Origin: Gemmatimonadota bacterium
GTDB lineage: Bacteria; Gemmatimonadota; Gemmatimonadetes; Palauibacterales; Palauibacteraceae
NCBI GenBank assembly: GCA_035464655.1
Contig: DATHRZ010000009.1
Span: 1,769 to 65,768 of the forward strand
Direction: 5' to 3'
DNA: 64,000 nt
Position numbers and translations under genes: made by a program. Numbering within the stretch: the first letter of the stretch is position 1; each line of letters opens with the position of its first letter. Below the pieces are notes generated by a model. It was not told the DNA's origin. It did not search any database and saw only the letters and a program-made list of their open reading frames with translations. This document shows positions 17,957 through 27,971 of this stretch, one piece after another.

Positions 17957-18486
17957 GGGGGCGCTGGCGGTGGCTCCTGCCGGTCGCGGCGGTTCCGTTT
18001 CTCGGCCTGCTGCTGTTCGGATTGACGCGGAATCCCGACTTCTTCCCGACCCCGCTCGTCGGACAACCGGCGCCGGACTGGCGGCTCGAGACCCTCGAAG
18101 GCGACACTCTCGCCCTGGGGGACCTGGACGGGAGAGTGGTGGTGTTGAACTTCTGGGCCTCGTGGTGTGTTCCCTGTCGGGCGGAGCATAACGTTCTGAT
18201 GCGCACGGCGAGCACGTGGCCGGACGACGACGTGCAGGTGATCGGGATCGTGTACGACGACTCGCGACGCAACGCCCTGCGCTTCCTGCGGGAGCTCGGC
18301 AACGACTGGCGTCACGTTCTGGATCCCGGCAGCAGGACGGCCATCGATTACGGCGTGCACGGCGTGCCCGAGACGTTCTTCGTCGGACGCGACGGGCGGG
18401 TCGGCGCCAAGCACATGGGACCCGTCACGTGGGACGTCATACAGCTCCACGTCGATTCGCTGCGGACGGCAGGAGCGGCGCCGTGA
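17953..18486 (+). CDS. ccmG: Thiol:disulfide interchange protein CcmG/DsbE (TlpA family)
   Basis: VVLNFWASWCVPC and YGVHGVPETFFV; GTG overlaps the ccmF stop. Confidence 0.9.
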   Translation: MRGRWRWLLPVAAVPFLGLLLFGLTRNPDFFPTPLVGQPAPDWRLETLEGDTLALGDLDGRVVVLNFWASWCVPCRAEHNVLMRTASTWPDDDVQVIGIVYDDSRRNALRFLRELGNDWRHVLDPGSRTAIDYGVHGVPETFFVGRDGRVGAKHMGPVTWDVIQLHVDSLRTAGAAP

Positions 18487-19040
18487 AGTCGGCTCGCTTC
18501 GCCGTATCCACGCTGATCCCGTCGCTCGCGATCGGGGCGCTGCTCATCGTGGCCGATGCCGCCGTGGCGCAGGAACCGATGCTGCCGGCCGAGCCGATCG
18601 GCGACTCGGCCGGGCTGACCGATCCGCGGGCGGCCGAGCTCGATGCCCGGGCGGCGGATATCGCGGCGCAACTGCGTTGTCCCGTGTGTAGCGGACAGTC
18701 GGTGCTCGAGTCGAACTCGGCCATCGCCCAGGAGATGCAGGAGGTGATCCGCGAACGGCTCGAACAGGGAGAAGGGGAGCGCGAGGTGCTCACCTATTTC
18801 CGGGGCGCGTACGGCGACTGGATCATCCTGCGGCCGCGTGCGACCGGATTGAACCTGCTGGTGTACGTATTGCCGGCGATCGCGTTGCTCGGCGGCTGCA
18901 TCTGGCTGGTCGTCGTTCTGCGGCGCTGGAGTGCCGCCGGGGCCGGCGGCGTCGGCGGATCGGGAGCTGCCGGGGAGCCCGACGGCGACCTGAGCGCCGA
19001 AGACGAAGCTTGGTTGCAGAGCAGCATCGGCGGCCGCTGA
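18483..19040 (+). CDS. ccmH: Cytochrome c biogenesis protein CcmH
   Basis: LRCPVCSGQSV.ESNS, YGDWIILRP and a C-terminal TM helix. Confidence 0.9.
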   Translation: MKSARFAVSTLIPSLAIGALLIVADAAVAQEPMLPAEPIGDSAGLTDPRAAELDARAADIAAQLRCPVCSGQSVLESNSAIAQEMQEVIRERLEQGEGEREVLTYFRGAYGDWIILRPRATGLNLLVYVLPAIALLGGCIWLVVVLRRWSAAGAGGVGGSGAAGEPDGDLSAEDEAWLQSSIGGR

Positions 19041-19082
19041 AGAAGTCGTTCGCGCGGGTGGAACCTCCGGTTCCGTTCGACG

Positions 19083-19088
19083 TATAAT
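19083..19088 (+). promoter_or_regulatory. -10 hexamer TATAAT upstream of the sigma factor gene
   Basis: Perfect TATAAT in the intergenic gap, 75 nt before the ATG. Confidence 0.5.
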
Positions 19089-19162
19089 GTCAGTTTTGGG
19101 TGTTTCGTCGGGGTGGCGGCGCCCCGGATCGGTCATCCGCCAAAGCTAAAGCAGGGAGTGTC

Positions 19163-20026
19163 ATGTTCTTCGATTCACGAGCCCTCGATTCCTTCGATCA
19201 GTACCTGCAGGACGTCGAGCGTTACCCCCTGATCGACGACCCGAAGGAAGAGCGCGAGATCGCGCGACGGGCGCGAGAGGGGGATAAGCAGGCGGCGGAA
19301 CGCCTCGTCACGGCGAACCTCCGTTTCGTGATCTCGTACGTCAAGAAGTACCAGGGGCGGGGTCTCAACCTCGCCGAGCTCGTGTGCATCGGTAACGAGG
19401 GGCTGCTGAAGGCGGTCAAGAAGTTCGATCCGGAGAAGGGGGTGAAGTTCATCTCCTACGCCGTCTGGTGGATCCGGCAGACCGTGCTGCAGGCGCTGGC
19501 CGAGCAGACGCGGTCGGTGCGCATTCCGCTCAACCAGAATTCGAACCTGGTGAAGCTGTCGCGCACCGAGACGGCGCTCACCCAGAAGCTCGGGCGCTCG
19601 CCGTCGGATCGCGAGATCGCCGACGAGATGAAGGAGCCCGTCGAGACGGTGCGCGCCCTGCGGCGCGTGGCCTCCGCCGAGCTCAGCCTCGACGCGCCAC
19701 TCGACAAGTCGGATCGCGACAGCGCGTCGTTCGGCGAGCGGTTCTCGGGCGCCGACGAGGGCGACATCGAGGTCGACGTCGAGGCGCAGGCGCGCCGCGA
19801 GTTCCTCGAGCGGATGTTCGAGACGTATCTGACGGAGCGCGAGCGCAAGATTCTCGTGCTCTACTACGGCCTCGACGACGGCGAGGAGATGACGCTGGAG
19901 CAGATCGGCGAGCTGCTGGGCGTAACCCGCGAGCGAATCCGGCAGATCCGCAACCGGGCGTTCGACAAGCTCAAGAACTCGACCGACGGCGAGGCGCTGG
20001 AAGGCTTCTGGCAGGCCTCGGCCTGA
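19163..20026 (+). CDS. RNA polymerase sigma-70 family factor (RpoD/RpoS-like, lacking region 1.1)
   Basis: DQYL..YPL (region 1.2), ANLRFV..KKY, GNEGLLKAV.KFDP.KG.KFISYAVWWIRQ and TLEQIG..GVTRERIRQI. Confidence 0.92.
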   Translation: MFFDSRALDSFDQYLQDVERYPLIDDPKEEREIARRAREGDKQAAERLVTANLRFVISYVKKYQGRGLNLAELVCIGNEGLLKAVKKFDPEKGVKFISYAVWWIRQTVLQALAEQTRSVRIPLNQNSNLVKLSRTETALTQKLGRSPSDREIADEMKEPVETVRALRRVASAELSLDAPLDKSDRDSASFGERFSGADEGDIEVDVEAQARREFLERMFETYLTERERKILVLYYGLDDGEEMTLEQIGELLGVTRERIRQIRNRAFDKLKNSTDGEALEGFWQASA

Positions 20027-20053
20027 CGCGGGTCCGCTCCGCGGCCCCGCGGC

Positions 20054-20497
20054 TTACTCGGTGCCGGGTCGGAGCTGGCGCCACGGGGCGACGAGCAGGA
20101 AGATCGCCACGGTGAGCACGGCGCTCACGACGCACCAGCGGCACCACGCTTCCAGCACGAACGCTTCGATGGCCGTCAGGTAAATCGAAAAGGCCAGGCC
20201 GGCCGTCGCCCCGAGGGCGATGAGACGGCCTGGCCGACTCGTTTCGAGACGCCCGGGCGCCATCACCAGCGCCAGCCCGAGCATCCCGGCGTACCAGGCG
20301 GCCCCCCAGCCGGATACGGGAACACCTAGAAACACGGCGTATTTCGACGTCTGGACGACCTCGCAGGCTCCCGTGCCGCACTGGATCATCCCGTAGTAGC
20401 CGAGGCTGTAGAGCAGCAGGTACGCCGAGACGAACAGTCCGACCAGGGCGAGGATCGCGACGATCCGGTAGCGCGTGACGTCGGTGACGACGGGCAC
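20054..20497 (-). CDS. Vitamin K epoxide reductase (VKOR) family protein
   Basis: CGTGACEVVQTSKY, GVP, four TM helices and WCRWC. Confidence 0.9.
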   Translation of the reverse strand: MPVVTDVTRYRIVAILALVGLFVSAYLLLYSLGYYGMIQCGTGACEVVQTSKYAVFLGVPVSGWGAAWYAGMLGLALVMAPGRLETSRPGRLIALGATAGLAFSIYLTAIEAFVLEAWCRWCVVSAVLTVAIFLLVAPWRQLRPGTE

Positions 20498-20498
20498 C

Positions 20499-21308
20499 TC
20501 AGTCGCCGCCCGTCGCCTCGTCCGCCGCCGTTTCGTCCGCCTGCTCCGCGGCGCGTGCCTGCTCGGCGGTCTCGAGCACGAGCTGCTCGAGGGCGGCGTA
20601 TCCGCGGTACTGGTTCATGTCGAGCGGCCGACCGTTCATGTAGAGCGTCGGGGTCGCGCCGACGCCGACGCTCGCGCCGTACCGTCGCGACGCTGCGATG
20701 TCTTCGAGATGCGGGCGCTCGGTGAGGCACTGCCGGAACGCGTCGATGTCGAGGCCGACGATCTCGGCGAGGTCGATGAACGCGGCGTTGGGGTTCGACT
20801 CGCCGTACCAGGCCTCGGTGCGGGCGTACAGCAGGTCGTGCATCTGCCAGAAGCGGCCCTGGTCCTCGGCGCAGCGCGCCGCCAGGGCCGGCGGCCACGA
20901 CACCTGCCCGAAGATCGGGAAGTCGTAGGCGACCCAGCGCAGAATCGCGTCGTCGCCCGTCGCATAGTTCTGGCGCAGCGATCTACCGAACTGCGCGTTG
21001 AAGCTCCGACACCCGGGGCAGCGGAAGTCCGCGAACTCGATGATCGTCACGGGAGCGTCGTCGGGCCCCATCGACACGCCGGCCGCACCACTGGCCTCCG
21101 CCTCCATGTCCGCCACGCTGATCGGCGGGTTGGCCGGCGCCCCGCCGCCCGCGATGCCCGCGTACCACAGGGCTCCCACGCCGACGATCGCCACGACGGC
21201 GAGAATGATGTAGAAGCCGGGTCCGGTCTTCGCCTTCGCGGCGCTTCCGGTGCTTTTCGGCCCAGCCTGCTTATTCCGCTGCTTCGAACTCTTCTTCGCC
21301 ACCGACAC
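20499..21308 (-). CDS. DsbA-family thioredoxin-fold protein, membrane anchored
   Basis: GPDDAPVTIIEFADFRCPGC, AARCAEDQGRFW.MHD.LY and GVGATPT. Confidence 0.88.
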   Translation of the reverse strand: MSVAKKSSKQRNKQAGPKSTGSAAKAKTGPGFYIILAVVAIVGVGALWYAGIAGGGAPANPPISVADMEAEASGAAGVSMGPDDAPVTIIEFADFRCPGCRSFNAQFGRSLRQNYATGDDAILRWVAYDFPIFGQVSWPPALAARCAEDQGRFWQMHDLLYARTEAWYGESNPNAAFIDLAEIVGLDIDAFRQCLTERPHLEDIAASRRYGASVGVGATPTLYMNGRPLDMNQYRGYAALEQLVLETAEQARAAEQADETAADEATGGD

Positions 21309-21403
21309 GCTCCCGGTTCAGATCCTTGGCCTCCGTGCCCGGCCGCCGGCCGGAAGCACCGAACCTGCAGGTGCGCCGCCGTCCGCGCGAGCCTCCGGAG
21401 CCG

Positions 21404-22795
21404 TCATACCACGAACAGAAACACGACTGCCGCAACGATGACGAGCGTCACGAAACCGAGCGCGGCGAGCCGGACCCACTCGGGAAGTCCCTCGCGGCGG
21501 CGGGTGCTGATGCCTACGAGACTCGGCAGAAGCTCGGTCGACCAGGTTTTCTCGATCTCCTCGACGAGCTCGCGCCATGCCCCCACGTAACCGGCGTCGA
21601 GCCGTCCGAGCGTCGAGCGCCACCCCTCGGCCGCGTCGTCGACCCCGGTGCTTTCGTCGCCGGGCGGTCCGTCCTCGTAGGCGTCGAGCAGCTCGACCAG
21701 GGAGGCGCCCTGCTCTTCCAGGCCCTCGAACCGGGTCCACAGCCGATCGAACGGCGCCTGCATGCGCCCGGCGAACTCGGTCCGCCGCTCGTCGGTGACT
21801 ACCGCCTCGGCGACACGCGACAGCCCGCGAGCCGACGCAAGGCGCGCGACTTCGGCGCCATAGACCTCGAGCATCCGGTCGGTGGCAGCCGCCACGGCCG
21901 CCCGCGTGTCTTTGCGCAGGCCGGCCGCGTCCATCGCCTCGGCCGCCTTGCGCAGACTGCCCGCCGTCGAGGCGGCCGATTTGCGGAGGATCAGGGGCCC
22001 GAGTGCGATCTCGCCCAACTCGAGAAAATGCTCTTCGAAGAAGCCCGGGGCGAGCTCCGCCCGATCGCGCAGTTCGCCGGGCACGTTGGCGGCGGCGCGG
22101 CCCGCCACCTCGTGCAGGGCGCCGGCGGCCACGGAGAACTGGGGGAGCTCGGCCGATGGCGGCGGCGAGACCTCCTTCCGGCTGAACAGCTCGAGGGTCG
22201 GGCTTTCCCCCGCGGGCGCGGGCGCCTTGCGCCGGCAGGCGGTGGCGAGCGCGAGGATCTCTTCGGGAAACAGGTAGCGAAGCAGAACCTCGTCGTCGCC
22301 GCGGGCGAGAAGCAGCGCATCACCGCCGATTTCATCCGGACGGGCGAGCTGGCGCTTCACGCGGTCCACCGGCCATTCGATCGTGTATTGCCCGCTGCCC
22401 GACAGCAGGTAGAGGGCCCGTCGGGTCGCCGCTGCGAGGAACAGCCCGCGCAACCGGCTTCCGTCGAGCCGGCCGTCCACGGCGCAGCCGGCGGCGAACA
22501 GCACGACCTCGTGGCCGAGCTGACGTACGAGACGTCGCCGGAGCTCGGTCTGGTCGACACCACCCTCGAGCCAGCGCTCGACGTCGCTCAGTGTCTTGCC
22601 GCTGGCCTGGATCGCGAGGTTCGCATGGCTGGTAAACACGAGCATCATGCCGGAACGCCGGCTCACCCAGTGGATGTCTCGCCACGGAACCGTCCGGTCT
22701 CCCACGCGCAGACCGCCGTCCAGTGCCTCTACCTCCACGTCGCGCTGGACGCCGGCCCCCTGTACGAACACGTCGAGCACGAGCGTCTCAAGCAT
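21404..22795 (-). CDS. Hypothetical protein (463 aa) with beta-rich N-terminal modules, helical region and C-terminal TM anchor
   Basis: ATG 22795 overlaps the HAD stop; host codon usage; hydrophobic C-terminus. Confidence 0.7.
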   Translation of the reverse strand: MLETLVLDVFVQGAGVQRDVEVEALDGGLRVGDRTVPWRDIHWVSRRSGMMLVFTSHANLAIQASGKTLSDVERWLEGGVDQTELRRRLVRQLGHEVVLFAAGCAVDGRLDGSRLRGLFLAAATRRALYLLSGSGQYTIEWPVDRVKRQLARPDEIGGDALLLARGDDEVLLRYLFPEEILALATACRRKAPAPAGESPTLELFSRKEVSPPPSAELPQFSVAAGALHEVAGRAAANVPGELRDRAELAPGFFEEHFLELGEIALGPLILRKSAASTAGSLRKAAEAMDAAGLRKDTRAAVAAATDRMLEVYGAEVARLASARGLSRVAEAVVTDERRTEFAGRMQAPFDRLWTRFEGLEEQGASLVELLDAYEDGPPGDESTGVDDAAEGWRSTLGRLDAGYVGAWRELVEEIEKTWSTELLPSLVGISTRRREGLPEWVRLAALGFVTLVIVAAVVFLFVV

Positions 22796-23483
22796 CGGAG
22801 AAAAACTCCACCACGCGCGTAGTGTCGGATAGGTCGGGGAACACGGCGTCGGGCTGGTGCTCCGCGAGCTCGCGCTCGGAGTGGCGGCCGGTGGCCACGG
22901 CGAGCACGCGGGTTCCCGCGGCCCGGGCGCAGCGGATGTCTGCGGGCGTGTCGCCGATGACGACCGAGCGTCGGGGGTCGAACGTACGGCCGTAACGGCG
23001 CTTTGCGCGGGCGAGGGCGACGGCGGGAAGCTCGTCGCGCTGTTCGGCGTCGGAGCCGTAGGCGCCGAAACCGAAGCGCCCGGCACAGCCGACGGCGTCG
23101 AGCTTCAGGCGGGCGCCCTGTTCGAGGTTGCCCGTCACGAGGCCGCAGGCGAACCGTTCGTCGTCGGCCAGGCGGTCGAGCAGGGTGAGGACGCCGGCCA
23201 GGGCGACGGCGCGGCCGTCGAGCGCCGTCAGCTCGGCGCCCAGTCTTTCGAGGTAGCGGGGCCACAGCTCGCCGAGTCCGCGATCTACGTCGGCGTCGGA
23301 CCGGCCGGCGGCACGCAGGAGACCCCGGACGATCTCGGGATCGGTGCGGCCATGGAAGTCATAGGCGTCGACCGGACCGGTTTCACCGTACACCTCCGTC
23401 ATCGCGGCGGCGAGCGCGGCCTTGCCGGCGCCCATTGTGTCGGCCAGCGTACCGTCGACGTCGAACAGGAGGGCCGCCGACAT
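22788..23483 (-). CDS. HAD-superfamily hydrolase
   Basis: LLFDVDGTL, LVTGN and VVIGDTPAD. Confidence 0.9.
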   Translation of the reverse strand: MSAALLFDVDGTLADTMGAGKAALAAAMTEVYGETGPVDAYDFHGRTDPEIVRGLLRAAGRSDADVDRGLGELWPRYLERLGAELTALDGRAVALAGVLTLLDRLADDERFACGLVTGNLEQGARLKLDAVGCAGRFGFGAYGSDAEQRDELPAVALARAKRRYGRTFDPRRSVVIGDTPADIRCARAAGTRVLAVATGRHSERELAEHQPDAVFPDLSDTTRVVEFFSDA

Positions 23484-23485
23484 CG

Positions 23486-24295
23486 TCAGCGGACCAGCCG
23501 GGGACCGCTGCGGGTGCCATCGTCCTCGGCGCCGTCGCCCCGACCTCTGCCGGCGCCGTTGCCTCCGCGCCCGACGCCGCGCACCGCGTCTCCGAATGCC
23601 TCGAACAGGCGGCGGTTCACGCCGTCATCGCGGTCGATCTTCCGTTCGGGATGCCACTGGACCCCCACCGTCCACCCACCATCGGGCATCCGGTACTCGA
23701 CGGCTTCGATCAATCCGTCGGGCGCGTAGCCGACGGGTTCGAGGTCCGCCGCCAGGCGCTCGACCCCCTGGTGGTGGGCGGAATTCTGCATGGTCGGCTC
23801 GGCCGCGAATACGTCGCCGAGCAACGCGGGTCCGGCCGGACGAACGGTGTGGATCGACGCGTCGACGTCTTCCCAGCTGTCGTGGGCGATCGCCGCGTCG
23901 AACTCGGTCGCGAGGTCCTGGTAGAGGGACCCGCCGAGCGCCACGTTCAGCACCTGCATGCCGCGGCAGATCGCGAGCACGGGCAGGCCTCGATCGATCG
24001 CCGTGCGCAGGAGCTCGAACTCCATCTCGTCGCGCTCCGGCGAGATCCGTCGTGCGCCCGCGGCGGACTCACCGTAGCGGGCCGGATCGACGTCCTCTCC
24101 GCCGGTCAGGAGCAGGCCGCCCGCCGCGTCGAGGAGACGGCGGTGCGTCCCGGGGTCGTCGAGCGGTGACAGCACGAGGGGCAGGAGGCCGGCGACACGC
24201 AGCCCCCGCAGATATCCCTCCTCGAGCACGACGCGTTCGATGCCGGCTTCGCTGATGCGGGTGGACACGGTTACGGCGGCAAACACGTCAGTCAT
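23486..24295 (-). CDS. Gamma-glutamyl-gamma-aminobutyrate hydrolase family (peptidase C26, PuuD-like)
   Basis: GLLLTGGEDVDP..YG, RD..E, ICRGMQ.LNVA.GG.L.QD, NSAHHQ and GVQWHPE. Confidence 0.92.
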   Translation of the reverse strand: MTDVFAAVTVSTRISEAGIERVVLEEGYLRGLRVAGLLPLVLSPLDDPGTHRRLLDAAGGLLLTGGEDVDPARYGESAAGARRISPERDEMEFELLRTAIDRGLPVLAICRGMQVLNVALGGSLYQDLATEFDAAIAHDSWEDVDASIHTVRPAGPALLGDVFAAEPTMQNSAHHQGVERLAADLEPVGYAPDGLIEAVEYRMPDGGWTVGVQWHPERKIDRDDGVNRRLFEAFGDAVRGVGRGGNGAGRGRGDGAEDDGTRSGPRLVR

Positions 24296-25313
24296 CGGCG
24301 TCTGCCTCCTGCATCCAGCGGCCGAGCAGGGCCGGATCGAGGTTCCCCCCGGACAGGACCGCCACGGTCTCGCCGCTCGCCGCCGGCCTCACGCGACCCG
24401 ACAGCAGCGCCGCGACCGACGCCGCGCCGCTCGGCTCGACCACCAGTCGACGCCCGTAGCACCACAGGACGGCCGCCCGAATCGATGCGTCGGTGAGCGT
24501 CACGACGTCGTCGACCAGGTCACGGACGTGCGCGAAGGTCAGGTCGCCGGGCCGTACGGGCTTCAAACCGTCGGCGATCGTGTCGATGGACGGCAGGGTG
24601 ACCGGTTCCCCGGCGTCGAGCGACCGGCGCATCTTGGGGGCGCCCTCGGGCTCGACGCCGACGATGCGCGTCTCGGGAGACAGGGCGCGGAGCGCCGCCG
24701 CGACGCCCGACACCAGGCCGCCGCCACCGATCGGCACGATCACGAGGCCGGGTGGGCCGGCCGGCTCGTCCCGCTCCCGCGCCGCCGCGAGCTGCTCGAC
24801 GATCTCGAGCCCCACCGTCCCCTGGCCTGCGATGATCGTCGGGTTGTCGAACGGCGGCACCATCGCGCCGCCTTCCTCGGCCACGATCTCCTCGGCCCGC
24901 GCCTTCCGTTCGGTCGTCGTCGTGCCCACCTGCTCGACTCGCCCGCCCATCGCGATCACGGCGTCGCGCTTGATCGGCGGAGCGTCGACAGGCATCACGA
25001 CGGTGGCGCGAGCCCCAAACTCGCGGGCACACCAGGCGACGGCCTGCGCGTGATTCCCCGACGAATAGGTGACGACACCGGCGGCGCGGTCGGAAGCGTC
25101 GAGCATGGCGATGAAGTTGTAGGCGCCGCGCAGCTTGAACGCGCCCCCGTGCTGGAGCGACTCGCACTTCAGCCACAGCCGGGTTCCGCCGGGCCGATCA
25201 AGCCACGAGGAGAGAAGCGGGGTGCGCACGGCGGCCTGCCTGATGCGCTCCGCCGCCGCGCGGATCGCATCGATGGTCACGAGCCCGGTCGTCAGGTCAG
25301 TCCTCGGCGCCAT
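24288..25313 (-). CDS. Threonine/serine dehydratase (serine racemase-like, no ACT domain)
   Basis: [41 protein letters not shown] and LSGGN. Confidence 0.92.
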   Translation of the reverse strand: MAPRTDLTTGLVTIDAIRAAAERIRQAAVRTPLLSSWLDRPGGTRLWLKCESLQHGGAFKLRGAYNFIAMLDASDRAAGVVTYSSGNHAQAVAWCAREFGARATVVMPVDAPPIKRDAVIAMGGRVEQVGTTTTERKARAEEIVAEEGGAMVPPFDNPTIIAGQGTVGLEIVEQLAAARERDEPAGPPGLVIVPIGGGGLVSGVAAALRALSPETRIVGVEPEGAPKMRRSLDAGEPVTLPSIDTIADGLKPVRPGDLTFAHVRDLVDDVVTLTDASIRAAVLWCYGRRLVVEPSGAASVAALLSGRVRPAASGETVAVLSGGNLDPALLGRWMQEADADD

Positions 25314-27813
25314 CTCCGGCCCCGGCCGCTTCCAGCTCCCGTTCGTCTTCGTCGGCCTCGTCCACGATCTCCGCGTCGTCGAGGTCGCGCGCCACCCTCG
25401 CGAGGTCGATCAGTTCGTCGCCGTCATCGAGCGATATCACCCGCACCCCCTGCGTGTTCCGCCCGATGACGCGGATCTCGTCGGCTCGCTGGCGGTTGAT
25501 CACGCCGTTGCGGGTGACCAGCATGAGCTCGTCATCGTCGATCACTTCCTTCGCCGCCACCACGTCGCCCGTCTTGGAGCTGAGCCGGAAGTTGATCAGT
25601 CCCTTGCCGCCGCGATGCTGCGTCCGGTACTCCGAGATCGACGTGCGCTTGCCCATCCCGCGCGAGGTGGCGGTCAGGATGCTGGCGTCCTCCTGGCGCT
25701 CGACCACCATCGCGACGACCTCGTCGCCGTCCTTGAGCCGGATGCCGCGCACGCCCTGCGTCGCCCGACCCATCTCGCGGGCGTCGCTCTCTTCGAACCG
25801 GATCGCCATCCCCTTGCGGGTCACGAGCAGGATGTCGTTGCCCGGATCGATGAGCTGGGCGTCGATCAACGAGTCGCCGTCGACGATGTTGATCGCGTTG
25901 AGGCCTACCGTGCGCACGTTCGAGTAGGCCGCCAGGCTGGTCTTCTTGATCTGGCCGCGCCGCGTGGCGAACAGCAGGTAGCGATCTTCCGGGAACTCTC
26001 GCGTCCGGACGATCGAGGCGATCGTCTCGTCCTTGTCGATGTTCAGCAGGTTGACGATCGGTTTGCCGCGCGACGTGCGCGAAGCCTGCGGAATCTGGTG
26101 AACTTTCAGCCAGTAGAGCTGGCCGCGCGCCGTGAAGAACATCAGGTAGTCGTGCGCCGAGGCCGTGAACAGGTGCTCGACCCAGTCTTCGTCCTTCGTT
26201 CCCATGCCGGCGATCCCGCGCCCGCCGCGGCGCTGCTGGCGGTAGGTGTCGAGCGGGATGCGCTTGATGTATCCCTGGTTGGAGACCGTGATCACCATCG
26301 GCTCGTCGGCGATCAGGTCTTCGGGGTCGAAGCTCGCGTTCTCACCGACGATCTCGGTGCGGCGCGGGTCGCCGTAGCGCTCGACGATCTCGCCCAGCTC
26401 GTCGCGAATCGTCTGCATACGAAGCTCGCGCGAGGCGAGAAGCTCGTCGAGGCGGGCAATCTCGGCACGAACTTCGGCGAGCTCCTGCTCGAGCTTCTCG
26501 ATCTCGAGGCCGGTAAGGCGCGACAGCCGCATCGCGAGGATGGCGGAGGCCTGCGTCTCGGTGAGCTCGAAGCGCTCCTGGAGCCGTGCCGATGCCTGCT
26601 CCGAGTCGTCGGAACCGCGAATCATCGCCACGACTTCGTCGATGTTGTCGACGGCGATCTTCAGCCCCTCGAGGATGTGCTCGCGGTCGCGGGCGGCGCG
26701 CAGGTCGTACTCGCTGCGCCGCACGACGACCTCGTGCCGATGCTCGAGGAAGTGGGCCAGTACCTCTTTCAGCGTCATCACCTTCGGGATGCCGTGATCG
26801 AGCGCCAGCATGATCACCCCGAAGGTGGACTGCATCTGCGTGTGTTTGAACAGCTGGTTGAGCACGATCTGGGGGATCGCGTCGCGCTTCAGGTCGATGA
26901 CGATGCGAATGCCCTGGCGCGCCGATTCGTCCCGCAGGTCGGCGATCTCGGTGATCTTCTTGTCGCGCACGAGCTGGGCGATCTGCTCGATCAACCGGCT
27001 CTTGTTCACCATGAACGGAATTTCGGTGATGATCAGCCGCTCGCCGGCGCCCGGCCGCTCCTCGATCTCGGCCCGACCACGCATCACGACGCGTCCGCGG
27101 CCCTCGGTGTACGCGCCGCGGATGCCGTCCATGCCGTAGACCAGTCCGCCGGTCGGGAAGTCGGGGCCCTTTACGTACTCCATCAGGTCTTCGGAGGTGA
27201 GCTCCGGATCGTCGATCAGCGCCTGGCAGGCCGCCACGACCTCGCCGAGGTTGTGCGGCGGGATGTTCGTCGCCATCCCGACGGCGATTCCCGAGGAGCC
27301 GTTGATCAGCAGGTTCGGTGGCCCCGACGGCAGGACGACGGGTTCGAGCAGGCGGTCGTCGAAGTTCGGCGAGAACGGGACGGTCTCCTTCTCGATATCG
27401 GTCAGCATGTCGGTCGAGATGCGGTGGAGTCGCGCCTCGGTGTACCGGTAGGCCGCCGCGCTGTCGCCGTCGATCGAGCCGAAGTTGCCCTGCCCGTCGA
27501 TCAGCGGATAGCGCAGCGAGAAGTCCTGCACCATGCGGACGAGCGAGTCGTAGACGGCGCTGTCGCCGTGTGGATGGTACTTACCGAGCACGTCACCCAC
27601 GACGGTCGCGCTCTTCTTGTAGGGCCGGTTCGGGGTGAGACCACCCTCGTGCATTGCATAGAGGATGCGCCGGTGCACGGGCTTCAGGCCGTCGCGCACG
27701 TCGGGCAGGGCCCGCTGGACGATCACGCTCATCGAATAGTCGATGAACGAATCGCGCATTTCGTCCTCCAGCAGACGCGTCTCGATCCGGTCGGTTCTAT
27801 CGAGGATTTCCAT
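25297..27813 (-). CDS. gyrA: DNA gyrase subunit A
   Basis: [27 protein letters not shown], catalytic AAYRYTEAR and GyrA-box QRRGGRG. Confidence 0.98.
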   Translation of the reverse strand: MEILDRTDRIETRLLEDEMRDSFIDYSMSVIVQRALPDVRDGLKPVHRRILYAMHEGGLTPNRPYKKSATVVGDVLGKYHPHGDSAVYDSLVRMVQDFSLRYPLIDGQGNFGSIDGDSAAAYRYTEARLHRISTDMLTDIEKETVPFSPNFDDRLLEPVVLPSGPPNLLINGSSGIAVGMATNIPPHNLGEVVAACQALIDDPELTSEDLMEYVKGPDFPTGGLVYGMDGIRGAYTEGRGRVVMRGRAEIEERPGAGERLIITEIPFMVNKSRLIEQIAQLVRDKKITEIADLRDESARQGIRIVIDLKRDAIPQIVLNQLFKHTQMQSTFGVIMLALDHGIPKVMTLKEVLAHFLEHRHEVVVRRSEYDLRAARDREHILEGLKIAVDNIDEVVAMIRGSDDSEQASARLQERFELTETQASAILAMRLSRLTGLEIEKLEQELAEVRAEIARLDELLASRELRMQTIRDELGEIVERYGDPRRTEIVGENASFDPEDLIADEPMVITVSNQGYIKRIPLDTYRQQRRGGRGIAGMGTKDEDWVEHLFTASAHDYLMFFTARGQLYWLKVHQIPQASRTSRGKPIVNLLNIDKDETIASIVRTREFPEDRYLLFATRRGQIKKTSLAAYSNVRTVGLNAINIVDGDSLIDAQLIDPGNDILLVTRKGMAIRFEESDAREMGRATQGVRGIRLKDGDEVVAMVVERQEDASILTATSRGMGKRTSISEYRTQHRGGKGLINFRLSSKTGDVVAAKEVIDDDELMLVTRNGVINRQRADEIRVIGRNTQGVRVISLDDGDELIDLARVARDLDDAEIVDEADEDERELEAAGAGDGAED

Positions 27814-27913
27814 AGGCTCCGGCGTGTGGTTTCAGGATGTCGGTCCCGGTCGACGGGCGCGGCCGGGCGGATGCGGAACGGCGCGGTGCAAGCGGGACTC
27901 CCGATCGTCCAAT

Positions 27914-27934
27914 AACCCGTAAAACATACGGGTT
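27914..27934. repeat. 7-bp perfect inverted repeat AACCCGT-N7-ACGGGTT upstream of gyrA
   Basis: Read directly in the AT-rich gap; followed by TTT on the + strand. Confidence 0.6.
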
Positions 27935-27971
27935 TTTGGCCTGCATCGCGAGCCCGCGAACGGGGCCGATC

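Noticed and set aside
25135-27915. 926-aa plus-strand ORF
   Set aside because: Antisense to gyrA, codon-register shadow.
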